From Bacteroidia bacterium (lineage in GTDB: Bacteria > Bacteroidota > Bacteroidia > NS11-12g > UBA955): DNA of 64,000 nucleotides. Each line of letters opens with the position of its first letter. The first letter of the stretch is position 1. Under the pieces are notes generated by a model. That model worked only from the letters and a program-made list of their open reading frames with translations, ran no database searches and was not told the origin of the DNA. Made by a program: the position numbers and the translations under genes. Where the stretch lies: contig JBBAKM010000004.1 of assembly GCA_040403495.1 (NCBI GenBank), positions 23,456-87,455 on the forward strand. The letters are read 5' to 3'. Of this stretch, positions 37,714-46,451 are shown one piece after another.

Positions 37714-39866
37714 TGTTTGATGTCAAATTTATATTATTTTTTGTTTTTCTGCTGGGTTGTCAGTTATTAAAAGGGCAAAGAGATAATATAGTAGTTGTGA
37801 AGGTTGTTAGTTTTAATAGTCAAGAACCAATATTTGGAATTAAACTAAATATTGAAGATAAAGATTATCAAACAAATTCAGATGGCATTGCAAATGTTTA
37901 TCTCAAAAATAGTATTGGGTTTTTGAAAATATACAAAGGGGATAGTTTAATTAAAACCAGTCGATTGTTTGTTTATAGAGATACATCTATAACAATCGTT
38001 ATTGATGAACAGTATTTTGAAATTGAAAAATTTAAGTTAGTTGGTAATAAGAGCTTTAAAGAATTAGATAACAAAATTTCAATACCTATGAATTTGATAA
38101 AGACTTCGGTTTTGCCTTTATCAACAAATGATCCAATTCATCTTTTAAAAATGCTTCCCGGTGTTTCTACAGCTCAAGAAATGAATTCAAATATAAATGT
38201 AAGAGGCGCATCTTCATATAATACATGTATTTATCTTGATAATGTTCCTGTTCCAAATTTATCTCATAGCTTTGGATTAATTAGTTTTTATGATAATAAC
38301 ATTATAAGGCATATTGATTATTTTAACAATCAAATTTCTTCAGCTTTTGGTACAAGGGGGTCAAGTTATTTCAAGTTTTTTTTAAAAGACCCATTACTTA
38401 ATAAAAATAAAGGTGAATTTATAATTAATCCATTTTTTGTGACTGGTAACGCCAATTTAAAAATGCTAGAAAATAAATTTGGTTTATTTGTTAATTATAG
38501 AAAATCGATATTGTCTGAGCAATATAATGCATCTTTTCCGCTTTTTTCAAATTTTCAAGATGTGTTAGTGAAATCAAAATTTAAAATTAAAGAGAACTCA
38601 CATTTGTCAATATTTTATATGGATAGTTATGACAAAAGTTATAACTCATATGGTTTTGGATTAAATGTAAAAGATAGTGTTTTATCAAGGTTTAAAACAT
38701 TTTCAGTTGTGTTTAATAAAATGAATAAAAGGGGCTTTTCTCAAACAATTAGTGGGTTTATAAAATCTCAATTTCTGTCTAGAACAAACAATAACTTCCT
38801 TGATGTCACATTGAATAATAAACTAGATGAATATAATGTATCGTATTTGAATAGCAAATCCTTAAATAAGTATTTTAAATTTCTTTTTGGATTTGAAAAT
38901 CAATTTCATAAAAGTGAAAATAAAATTGATTCTTTTAATTTTAATAATCAAAAAAACAACATAAGTTCTTTGTTTTTTGATATTGAATATAAAAAAAATA
39001 ATTACAAGGTGTTTGCTAATGTTAGACCAAATTACTTTGTTTCCCTCAATGAAATATATTTTGAAGCAAGATCTGGAATATTGAGAAAATTTAATAATCT
39101 GGGATTATATACAGAGGTAAATAGGTATGTAAACTCAATTCATTCGTTATCAAATAATCTTTTTGCAATTCCTGAAGATTATAGATTTTTACCTACAAAA
39201 GTGTTTAAGCCGCAAACAACAAATGAGATACTTATTGGTTTGAAATATTCAAACCTTAGAATAAACTTCTCATCAAATTTTTACTATAGGGTTTACGATA
39301 ATAGCTATGATTACAAAAAACTTTATTTATCTCCAATTAACAAACTTTCGAATATATCAAAAGTGGATTTTAATAGTTATGGTATAGAAAATTTTGTTAG
39401 CATTAAGATAAGTAAGTCAAATTCAATGAATTTGTCATATACATATTCAAAATCAACAATGTATAATGATTCAATTAATTTAGGAATAAAATATGTTTCA
39501 AATTTTGATAGGCCTCACATTTTAAATGCATTTTATATGTTTAAATATAAAAGAATTACATTTACAACTTCTTTTATATTTAAAAGTGGTAGGCCATATA
39601 CAGCGCCATTGTATGTTTTGAATAATATCCCCTTTTATTCAAACAGGAATGAGTTTAGGTTGCCTGTTTTTCATAAACTAGACATCGGAGTTCTCTATGA
39701 ATTTAAATCAAAGGTTTCTCAAACTCTACAGTTTCACCTGTATAATGTCTATTCACGTAATAATATTTATGCTGTTGTTTTTAATTCTTCTTTTTCTAAT
39801 CCTGAATTTAAGTATTTTTCAGCTTTCCCATTTCTACCATCCTTCTCTTACAGTATTAAATTTTAG
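37710..39866 (+). CDS. Outer-membrane beta-barrel protein with an N-terminal CarbopepD_reg-like domain and a TonB-dependent-receptor plug-like domain (SusC-like, short form; module 1, partner B).
   Basis: The product has a signal peptide and the plug-like region SVLPLSTNDPIHLLKMLPGVSTAQEMNSNINVRGASSYNTCIYLDNVPV. The C-terminus ...AFPFLPSFSYSIKF ends in Phe. The last ~50 nt are identical to the 41207-43366 gene. Confidence 0.7.
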   Translation: MMFDVKFILFFVFLLGCQLLKGQRDNIVVVKVVSFNSQEPIFGIKLNIEDKDYQTNSDGIANVYLKNSIGFLKIYKGDSLIKTSRLFVYRDTSITIVIDEQYFEIEKFKLVGNKSFKELDNKISIPMNLIKTSVLPLSTNDPIHLLKMLPGVSTAQEMNSNINVRGASSYNTCIYLDNVPVPNLSHSFGLISFYDNNIIRHIDYFNNQISSAFGTRGSSYFKFFLKDPLLNKNKGEFIINPFFVTGNANLKMLENKFGLFVNYRKSILSEQYNASFPLFSNFQDVLVKSKFKIKENSHLSIFYMDSYDKSYNSYGFGLNVKDSVLSRFKTFSVVFNKMNKRGFSQTISGFIKSQFLSRTNNNFLDVTLNNKLDEYNVSYLNSKSLNKYFKFLFGFENQFHKSENKIDSFNFNNQKNNISSLFFDIEYKKNNYKVFANVRPNYFVSLNEIYFEARSGILRKFNNLGLYTEVNRYVNSIHSLSNNLFAIPEDYRFLPTKVFKPQTTNEILIGLKYSNLRINFSSNFYYRVYDNSYDYKKLYLSPINKLSNISKVDFNSYGIENFVSIKISKSNSMNLSYTYSKSTMYNDSINLGIKYVSNFDRPHILNAFYMFKYKRITFTTSFIFKSGRPYTAPLYVLNNIPFYSNRNEFRLPVFHKLDIGVLYEFKSKVSQTLQFHLYNVYSRNNIYAVVFNSSFSNPEFKYFSAFPFLPSFSYSIKF

Positions 39867-40034
39867 ATTTTTGTGTATCATTATTAAAAAATAGAATATA
39901 TTCATCAAAAATTGAATTTTTTGATGAATATATTTGTTTTATTTTTTTGGGAAATTATGAAGACTCAATAAATTTAATTATTTTCGATTCGTTATTTTAA
40001 ATATTGATTCAAACACTAATAAAAAAACTCGCCT
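39862..40034 (+). promoter_or_regulatory. Leader/promoter block, copy 2, with a palindrome-containing insertion.
   Basis: This copy matches copy 1 but inserts aaaatagaatatattcatcaaaaattgaattttttgatgaatatatt, which contains the perfect inverted repeat TTCATCAAAAAttgaaTTTTTTGATGAA. It also retains the first ~7 codons of the XRE gene in reverse complement (gtgtatcat). Confidence 0.6.
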
Positions 40035-41210
40035 ATGAAATTTAAAATCATTCTTTTTTTTATCGTTTTAACTCAAATAAGTTGTTACAAAGATTACGAC
40101 TTAATAAAGCAGGAATATTATTTTTTAAGGGGTTTGTTCGTCAATGGACAATCCCCTTCCTTTCAATTGTATTTTCAAAACACACAAGGCGATTATAAAG
40201 TAAATTATACTGACTATCAACTAGAGGTCATTAATGAAAATAATTCTGTTTTTAAAATGAATTCAAATGGTAACTTTTCTTTTTTATCTATAAAGCCTAA
40301 TTCTAAATACAAAGTGAGATGGAAATTAAATAGCGAGAAAGAATGGCACGAGCTTACCAAAGAGTCTATTAACTATGAAACAACGTTAAATGACAAATCA
40401 TTTGTTAAAGTCGAAAATGAATTGTTTGTTAATAGAGATAGAAATGATTCTTTTGTTTATTTTTTATACAATCCATATGATAGAAAGACTTTTGAAGAAC
40501 AGTTTTTAAAATCTTTTTTGATTGAATATCCCGATGCATTTCTTGAATTAAATCAAACAGACAATGCATTGATTTTATGGCCACCTTCCAATAAATATTA
40601 TTTAGATAGATTTAAAAATTCAACTAACTTTTGCTTCAAACCATTCACTTGGAAAATGTTAAGTGGGCCTGTATATAGTAATTTTCAACTTTATAGTATG
40701 TCTAAATCGGATTTTCAATTTTATTATAATTTACATAAAAATGATGTAGGAAAAAATACGCCTTTGGCGGTTGGTGAAGGCATATTGTGGGATTACAGTA
40801 AAGACAATGTAAAAGCCAAAATAGTCAATATTAACAATTATAATAATATTAAAATCTTTGATTATGTTAACAGAGATGAAAGGTTGTATGTTGATTTTTT
40901 AATAAATGGCAACTCAATAGATACATTAAGTCATAGAATAATTAGCGTTAATATGAGATTTGAAAAATCCGAAAATTCTTTTCCAGTTATGGGATGGCAA
41001 AATAAAACTGTTTATGCTGGTACTAAAGAATATTTTGCGCATCACTTCAACGAGAATTTCAATAAACCATGTGGTTATTTTAACAATATTTATAAATTGA
41101 GGTTTTTTGTATATCTTCATGATTTAAAAACAAACATAAGAACAAGTATTGAAATGCCAACATTCAACTACACAAAAGGCGAAAGTGTAGTTTTAGATAT
41201 TAAACCATGA
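40035..41210 (+). CDS. Lipoprotein of unknown function (module 2, partner A).
   Basis: The 391-aa product has a lipobox LTQISCYKDYD and is paralogous to the 36487-37713 product. Its stop overlaps the downstream OMP start (ATGA). Confidence 0.6.
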   Translation: MKFKIILFFIVLTQISCYKDYDLIKQEYYFLRGLFVNGQSPSFQLYFQNTQGDYKVNYTDYQLEVINENNSVFKMNSNGNFSFLSIKPNSKYKVRWKLNSEKEWHELTKESINYETTLNDKSFVKVENELFVNRDRNDSFVYFLYNPYDRKTFEEQFLKSFLIEYPDAFLELNQTDNALILWPPSNKYYLDRFKNSTNFCFKPFTWKMLSGPVYSNFQLYSMSKSDFQFYYNLHKNDVGKNTPLAVGEGILWDYSKDNVKAKIVNINNYNNIKIFDYVNRDERLYVDFLINGNSIDTLSHRIISVNMRFEKSENSFPVMGWQNKTVYAGTKEYFAHHFNENFNKPCGYFNNIYKLRFFVYLHDLKTNIRTSIEMPTFNYTKGESVVLDIKP

Positions 41211-43366
41211 AAAAAATATTTGTATTTTCTCTTTTATTTCTGTGTTTAGTATTAAAAAGCCAAACATTACATCAAATAAATTTTAAGTTTTTAGACCAAG
41301 CAAACAATCAACCGATTTCTAATTTACTAGTCAAATGCCAAAATACTGCAGCGTATAGTAATTCAGATGGTTTTGTTTCTGTGTTCTTACATTCAGATAC
41401 CTGTACGTTTCGTTTTTATGAATCAGATATATATTTACAAGAGTACAAATTAAAAGCATATAATGACACTTTTATAGTATTGAAAATAGAACGCATTTAT
41501 GAAATAAGTAAGTTTAAGCTAAGGGTAAATCACCAGCCCATAACTGCTAAAAATAACAGAATTTCTATAGGTCAAAATACACTTCAGTCTATTTCATTGC
41601 CACTAAGTACCAACGACCCAATTCATTTATTAAAAACATTGCCCGGGGTTAATACCAGTCAAGAAATGAATGCTAATTTAAATATTAGAGGTGGAAGTGC
41701 TTACAATACAGTCTTTTATTTAGATAATATTCCTGTGCCTAATTTAACTCATAGTTTTGGTTTATACAGTTTTTTTGATTTGAATACTATCAGACAAATT
41801 GATTATTTCAATAATAATGTAAGTAGTGAGTATGGCTCTAGGGGTTCAAGTTATATAAAATTTTATCTTAAAGACCCAATTGCTAATAAATCAACATCAG
41901 AGCTGAATATTAATCCTTTTTTTGTTAGTGGTAATGTTAATTTGAAGTTAAAAAAAGAAAAATTGGGTGTTTTTGTTAATTACAGAAAATCAATTTTCAA
42001 CACTGAATATAATGTTCTTTTCCCTCTTTTTTCGGAGTTTTCAGATTTATTGATTAAAACAAAATATAACTTTAACAAAAGGTCGTCATTAAGTTTAATA
42101 TACACCGATAATCAAGACAGGGTTACTGATTTTAATGCAACGGGAATTAACTCAAGAGATAGCTTACAATGGCAGTTTAAAGCCTTTTCATCACAATTTG
42201 ATTTAATCTCTAAAACTGGCGTAAAACATGAAGCAATTTTTTTCATTAAGAATCAAGTATTGTCAAGGCAATCTTTGAATAATCAGTTTAATTACAATAA
42301 CGAATTTAATGAAATGAACTTTAAATATTCGTTAAAGAAAAGTTTTAGCCAGAATTTTAAATCATCATTAGGCTTAGAACATCAAATTCATCAAAATAAT
42401 AATTCAATAGCTTTTAACAATAAAACCATCAATAATTTGAATGTTTTATCACTTTATACGGATAACTCATACCAATTTAAAAACTTGATTTTTAATGCTA
42501 ATTTAAGGTTGAGTAATTTTATAGAATTAAAGAAAACCTATTTGGAAAAAAGGTTAAGTGTAAATTATAAGCTCAATAAGTCGAATTTTATTGCGGAATA
42601 TAATTCTTTTGTTAATTCTACACATAGTTTGGTCAACAATGTTTTTCCCGTGCCTGATGATTTTAAGTTTTTGGCGAATAAAGATTTTTTGCCTCAGGTA
42701 ACTAATGAGTGGTTGATTGGCTATAATGTTCAACTAAAAAAATCAAATCTACAATTAAATGCTTATCATAGAAATTATCTAAATAGCTATGATTACAGAA
42801 GATTGAATATTGATAATTATGCCTCATTTAGCAACGTTTTTAAGATGAATCATATCAGCTATGGGGTTGAAGCTTTGTCAAATATAAACATTAACGAAAA
42901 GCATAGTTTTGTTTTGTCCTATACTTATTCAAAATCTACGATGCAAAATGATTCAGTCAATTTAGGTTTATTATATCCAACTAGTTACGACAGGCCACAT
43001 AATTTTAATTTATTGTATAGTTTTAAATATAAAAGATTTACGTTTACTAGTACTTTTACTTGGCAAAGTGGTAGGGTTGCTACGGTACCTTTATTTGTAG
43101 CTTACGCTAATGCTACCCCAATTTATTCTCTAAGAAATGAGTATCGTTTAAAACCTTTTCATAAAATGGATATTGGTTTTCAATACAGTTTTAGAAATAA
43201 AGGTAAAATTAAACAGTTTTTAAATGTTAATTTGTACAATGTATATTTTCGTCAAAATACTTATGCTGTTGTATGGGAAAGTAACAACAATACTAGATCT
43301 GCTGAACTAAAATATCTAACAGCTTTCCCATTTCTACCATCCTTCTCTTACAGTATTAAATTTTAG
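41207..43366 (+). CDS. Outer-membrane CarbopepD/plug/beta-barrel protein (module 2, partner B).
   Basis: The 719-aa product is ~65% identical to the module-1 protein in the plug region (ISLPLSTNDPIHLLKTLPGVNTSQEMNANLNIRGGSAYNTVFYLDNIPV). It has the identical C-terminal TAFPFLPSFSYSIKF. Confidence 0.7.
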   Translation: MKKIFVFSLLFLCLVLKSQTLHQINFKFLDQANNQPISNLLVKCQNTAAYSNSDGFVSVFLHSDTCTFRFYESDIYLQEYKLKAYNDTFIVLKIERIYEISKFKLRVNHQPITAKNNRISIGQNTLQSISLPLSTNDPIHLLKTLPGVNTSQEMNANLNIRGGSAYNTVFYLDNIPVPNLTHSFGLYSFFDLNTIRQIDYFNNNVSSEYGSRGSSYIKFYLKDPIANKSTSELNINPFFVSGNVNLKLKKEKLGVFVNYRKSIFNTEYNVLFPLFSEFSDLLIKTKYNFNKRSSLSLIYTDNQDRVTDFNATGINSRDSLQWQFKAFSSQFDLISKTGVKHEAIFFIKNQVLSRQSLNNQFNYNNEFNEMNFKYSLKKSFSQNFKSSLGLEHQIHQNNNSIAFNNKTINNLNVLSLYTDNSYQFKNLIFNANLRLSNFIELKKTYLEKRLSVNYKLNKSNFIAEYNSFVNSTHSLVNNVFPVPDDFKFLANKDFLPQVTNEWLIGYNVQLKKSNLQLNAYHRNYLNSYDYRRLNIDNYASFSNVFKMNHISYGVEALSNININEKHSFVLSYTYSKSTMQNDSVNLGLLYPTSYDRPHNFNLLYSFKYKRFTFTSTFTWQSGRVATVPLFVAYANATPIYSLRNEYRLKPFHKMDIGFQYSFRNKGKIKQFLNVNLYNVYFRQNTYAVVWESNNNTRSAELKYLTAFPFLPSFSYSIKF

Positions 43367-43399
43367 ATTTATTCATTGTAGGTAGGGGCTTTAAGTTAT

Positions 43400-43720
43400 A
43401 TGTTTAAACAAGCCAAGTTGCTAACACAAAAAATATTGCAAATGAAAAAAAATAGTATCTTTGAGTATTATTTTTTTCAAATGAAAGCTGAGCACAATGT
43501 AAATAGTCAAAAATTAGAACTTATTCAATGGCTTTCTACTATAGAAGATCAATCTACCATTGAAAAGCTGATTGAATTTAAAAATAAAGAAAATAAAGAT
43601 TGGTGGGATTCACTCTCTAAAAAAGAAGAACAATCAATAAATAAAGGAATTTTAGATGCAGAAAAAGGAAATCTAAAATCCCATTCAATTGTAAGAAACA
43701 GGTATGAAAAGTGGTTATAA
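43400..43720 (+). CDS. Putative antitoxin-like small protein (addiction-module-component-like C-terminus).
   Basis: The 106-aa product has ...DWWDSLSKKEEQSINKGILDAEKGNLKSHSIVRNRYEKWL. It sits immediately upstream of a decayed ParE/RelE-like ORF. The true start may be the internal Met MKAEHN. Confidence 0.35.
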   Translation: MFKQAKLLTQKILQMKKNSIFEYYFFQMKAEHNVNSQKLELIQWLSTIEDQSTIEKLIEFKNKENKDWWDSLSKKEEQSINKGILDAEKGNLKSHSIVRNRYEKWL

Positions 43721-43730
43721 CGTATTCTAG

Positions 43731-44002
43731 ACTGAAAATGCCCTAATAGAATTAGAAGAAACTATTAAATACTTAGAAACCAATTGGACAAATATTGAAA
43801 TCCAAAATTTATTTGAAAATTTAGATAGAACGATAACCCTACTTTCTAAAAATCCATTAATTTTCCCATTAAGTCATAGAAAAAAGGTTAGAAGAGTGGT
43901 TTTCTCTCTTTAAATACTTTGTATTACAGAGTTGTAGATGGTAGGGTAGAAATATTATCGTTTTTTTCAAATAGGCAAAACCCTGATAAAATCAACATTT
44001 AG
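43731..44002 (+). pseudogene. RelE/ParE-family toxin remnant with no start codon and a -1 frameshift near 43905.
   Basis: Frame 1 reads ENALIELEETIKYLETNWTNIEIQNLFENLDRTITLLSKNPLIFPLSHRKKVRRVVFSL*. The shifted frame reads LYYRVVDGRVEILSFFSNRQNPDKINI*. The second half matches the conserved RelE/ParE C-terminus (Y-R-V-x-D-x-V-E-I-L-x-I-x-H-x-R-Q-x-P). Confidence 0.5.
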
Positions 44003-44022
44003 TAATAGTAATAGCTTGTTAC

Positions 44023-44100
44023 TCTTTTTCTAATCCTGAATTTAGGCACTTTACAGCTTCCACATTTCTACCATCCTTCTCTTACAGTATTAAATTTTAG
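44023..44100 (+). pseudogene. Orphan 3'-terminal fragment of a third lipoprotein-partner OMP paralog.
   Basis: The sequence ctttttctaatcctgaatttaggcactttacagcttccacatttctaccatccttctcttacagtattaaattttag aligns to 39788-39866 and 43289-43366. It translates in frame to SFSNPEFRHFTASTFLPSFSYSIKF*. Confidence 0.65.
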
Positions 44101-44223
44101 ATTTAATTGTCTTTTTGTCCTGCTATTCACAGTAATAGTGTTATTTAATAGAAGTGTTCCTTTAAACAAACTCATTTTGGAACACTATTTGGATAGCTTG
44201 AATAATAAATAATAGTATTAAAT

Positions 44224-44907
44224 TTGCGCCCAATGAAAATTAAAGTCCTTTTTTCTTTTTTGATTCTCGTGTTAATGTCCTTTGTAGCTACACCACCCAA
44301 AGTGGAAAAAGACAAAGATGCCAACAAGTTATTGAAAGATATTTCTAAAAAATACAAAGCTTATACCTCTCTTAAAGCCGATTTTACAATGTTGAACGAA
44401 CCTGCCGATGGTAAAAAAAGTACCACCGAAAAGGGCTCTTTGTGGTCGAAAGGGAATAACTTTAAACTGAATTTTGGAGGTCAACAGATTTTTTGTAACG
44501 GTAAGTTTATATGGACTTATACCGCCGAAACCAATGAGTGTGTTAAGGATAATTACAATCCCAATAGCTCAAAAGGAATTAACCCTACCAAATTATTTAC
44601 TATTTGGGAAAAAGGGTTTTTATACATCAGTGAAGGAACATACAAAAAAGGCACTTCTATTATTTCTAAAATAAAACTAACCCCAACCGACAAATCTGTT
44701 CCTTATTTCTTAATGAACTTAGAGGTTGACAATACCCTTAAAACATTGCAAAGTATGAAAGTATCATACAAAGCAGGCAACAAACAAACCTACACTATCA
44801 CTCAACAAAAAGCCAATGAGGCTATTTTGGACAAGGAGTTTGTGTTTGATGCAAGCAAATACAGCGGTGTAGAAATCATCGATTTAACCAGTAAGTCAAA
44901 AAAATAA
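44224..44907 (+). CDS. lolA: LolA-like outer-membrane lipoprotein carrier protein. The start is probably the Met at 44233 (MKIKVLF).
   Basis: The product has a signal peptide and ...LKADFTMLNEPADGKKSTTEKGSLWSKGNNFKLNFGGQQIFCNGKFIWTY..., typical of LolA/LppX-fold proteins. lolA normally neighbours ftsK. Confidence 0.75.
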   Translation: MRPMKIKVLFSFLILVLMSFVATPPKVEKDKDANKLLKDISKKYKAYTSLKADFTMLNEPADGKKSTTEKGSLWSKGNNFKLNFGGQQIFCNGKFIWTYTAETNECVKDNYNPNSSKGINPTKLFTIWEKGFLYISEGTYKKGTSIISKIKLTPTDKSVPYFLMNLEVDNTLKTLQSMKVSYKAGNKQTYTITQQKANEAILDKEFVFDASKYSGVEIIDLTSKSKK

Positions 44908-44969
44908 ACAAGTCTTTTTAAATGATTTACGTCATTTATTGAAATTGTTTTTTTTTATAATTTTGCAAA

Positions 44970-45989
44970 GTGTTGTTACATAATAGAATTAGTAATAAAG
45001 AGTTAAAGGAAAAAATTAAGTTTAGCAACGAAGCTAGAACTACTATTTCTTTTTATAAATACCACCATCTGCAAAACCCCAAGGCTTTCAGAGATGAATT
45101 GTACTTGGCTTGGAATCAATTAGGTGTAATGGGTAGAATCTATGTGGCAGACGAAGGAATTAATGCCCAATTGTCTGTGCCTTCAGAAAATTTTGAGGCT
45201 TTTAAGTCCCATTTATACAGCTATGATTTTTTGAATGGTGTGCGCTTAAATACTGCTGTTGAAGATGATGGTAAATCATTTTTTAAATTGGCTATCAAAG
45301 TCAGAAAGAAAATTGTTGCTGATGGAATAGAAGATCCTAATTTTGATGTCACTAAAATAGGTACTCACTTAAAAGCGGAAGATTTTAATGCACTCATCGA
45401 TAATCCAGATACCATAGTTGTGGATATGCGCAACCACTACGAAAGTGAAATTGGTCATTTTGAAAAAGCTATTTTGCCAGATGTGCTTAGTTTTAGAGAG
45501 CAATTGCCCAAAGTGGCCGAAATGTTGGAAAATCAAAAGGATAAACCAGTTTTGATGTATTGTACCGGAGGTATCCGTTGCGAAAAAGCCAGTGCTTATA
45601 TGCTTTACAGAGGGTTTAAGGAAGTGTATCAGTTGGAAGGCGGTATTATTAAATATGCCAACGATATCAAAGAAAAAGGATTGCCCAATAAATTTCATGG
45701 TAAAAACTTTGTATTTGATGAACGTTTAGGCGAGCACATTTCAACCGAAATAATATCCAAGTGTCACCAATGTGGCAATCCGAGTGATACCCATACCAAT
45801 TGTGCCAATGTAGCATGTAATTTACTGTTTATTCAATGTTCAGCTTGTAAAGAAAAGTACAGCAACTGCTGTGACGAAGAATGCCAACACATTGCTTCAC
45901 TACCCGAAGAGGAGCAAAAGGTACTAAGAAAAGGCACCAACAAAGGTCGTTTGGTTTTTAACAAAGGCAAGAAGTTGAAAACGCAATAG
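44970..45989 (+). CDS. trhO: Rhodanese-domain tRNA uridine(34) hydroxylase (TrhO/YceA, UPF0176).
   Basis: The product has the rhodanese active-site region YCTGGIRCEKASAYM and a Cys-rich C-terminal tail, with full-length YceA-like organisation. Confidence 0.8.
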   Translation: MLLHNRISNKELKEKIKFSNEARTTISFYKYHHLQNPKAFRDELYLAWNQLGVMGRIYVADEGINAQLSVPSENFEAFKSHLYSYDFLNGVRLNTAVEDDGKSFFKLAIKVRKKIVADGIEDPNFDVTKIGTHLKAEDFNALIDNPDTIVVDMRNHYESEIGHFEKAILPDVLSFREQLPKVAEMLENQKDKPVLMYCTGGIRCEKASAYMLYRGFKEVYQLEGGIIKYANDIKEKGLPNKFHGKNFVFDERLGEHISTEIISKCHQCGNPSDTHTNCANVACNLLFIQCSACKEKYSNCCDEECQHIASLPEEEQKVLRKGTNKGRLVFNKGKKLKTQ

Positions 45990-46277
45990 ATAAAGTGTTA
46001 TTTCTTCTTCTTCTTTGTATATTTTACACCCTAGTAAACTCTATTAATGTGGAAAATAGATAGGTGTATTTATAGGCTGACTTATCGCTATTTTATTACG
46101 AGATAATTCAGTTATATGGTTCTTAACATATTAGGAAAATGTTACCTTGTGTTTTAATGTTAAATTTACTTAATGTGCTATAGGGTAATTTACATGTCAA
46201 AGATTTAGTGTTTTAGTCATATAAATGGTAGCAAATTTTTTATTATCTTTGTAAAATAGAAGTTTTTAAATATAGTT

Positions 46278-46451
46278 ATGGAAGAGAAGCAAATAAAACT
46301 ACTTAAAGCATTAGCTAAAAAGATTGAGTCCAAAAAGAGAGAAAGGGCTGTTGTTATGTTTTCTCTTAAATCTGCTAAAATTCTCACCAAGGAGGAAAAT
46401 TTTACAGGGCATTTGAAAAATCTTGATAAAGTCTTTGCCACTGCCGAATAA
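46278..46451 (+). CDS. Small ORF of 57 aa, below the ORF-track cutoff, translationally coupled to the next gene.
   Basis: The ORF reads MEEKQIKLLKALAKKIESKKRERAVVMFSLKSAKILTKEENFTGHLKNLDKVFATAE. Its stop overlaps the downstream ATG (TAATG), and a purine-rich stretch lies upstream. Confidence 0.35.
   Translation: MEEKQIKLLKALAKKIESKKRERAVVMFSLKSAKILTKEENFTGHLKNLDKVFATAE

Noticed and set aside
39697-39894. 65-aa ORF spanning the OMP-1 3' end and leader copy 2.
   Set aside because: It crosses a gene end and an intergenic leader in another frame, and its hydrophobic low-complexity translation is typical of AT-rich noise.
46217-46441. 74-aa minus-strand ORF from the ORF track.
   Set aside because: A 57-aa + strand ORF (46278-46451) in the same place is translationally coupled (TAATG) to the downstream gene and is the more plausible coding frame.
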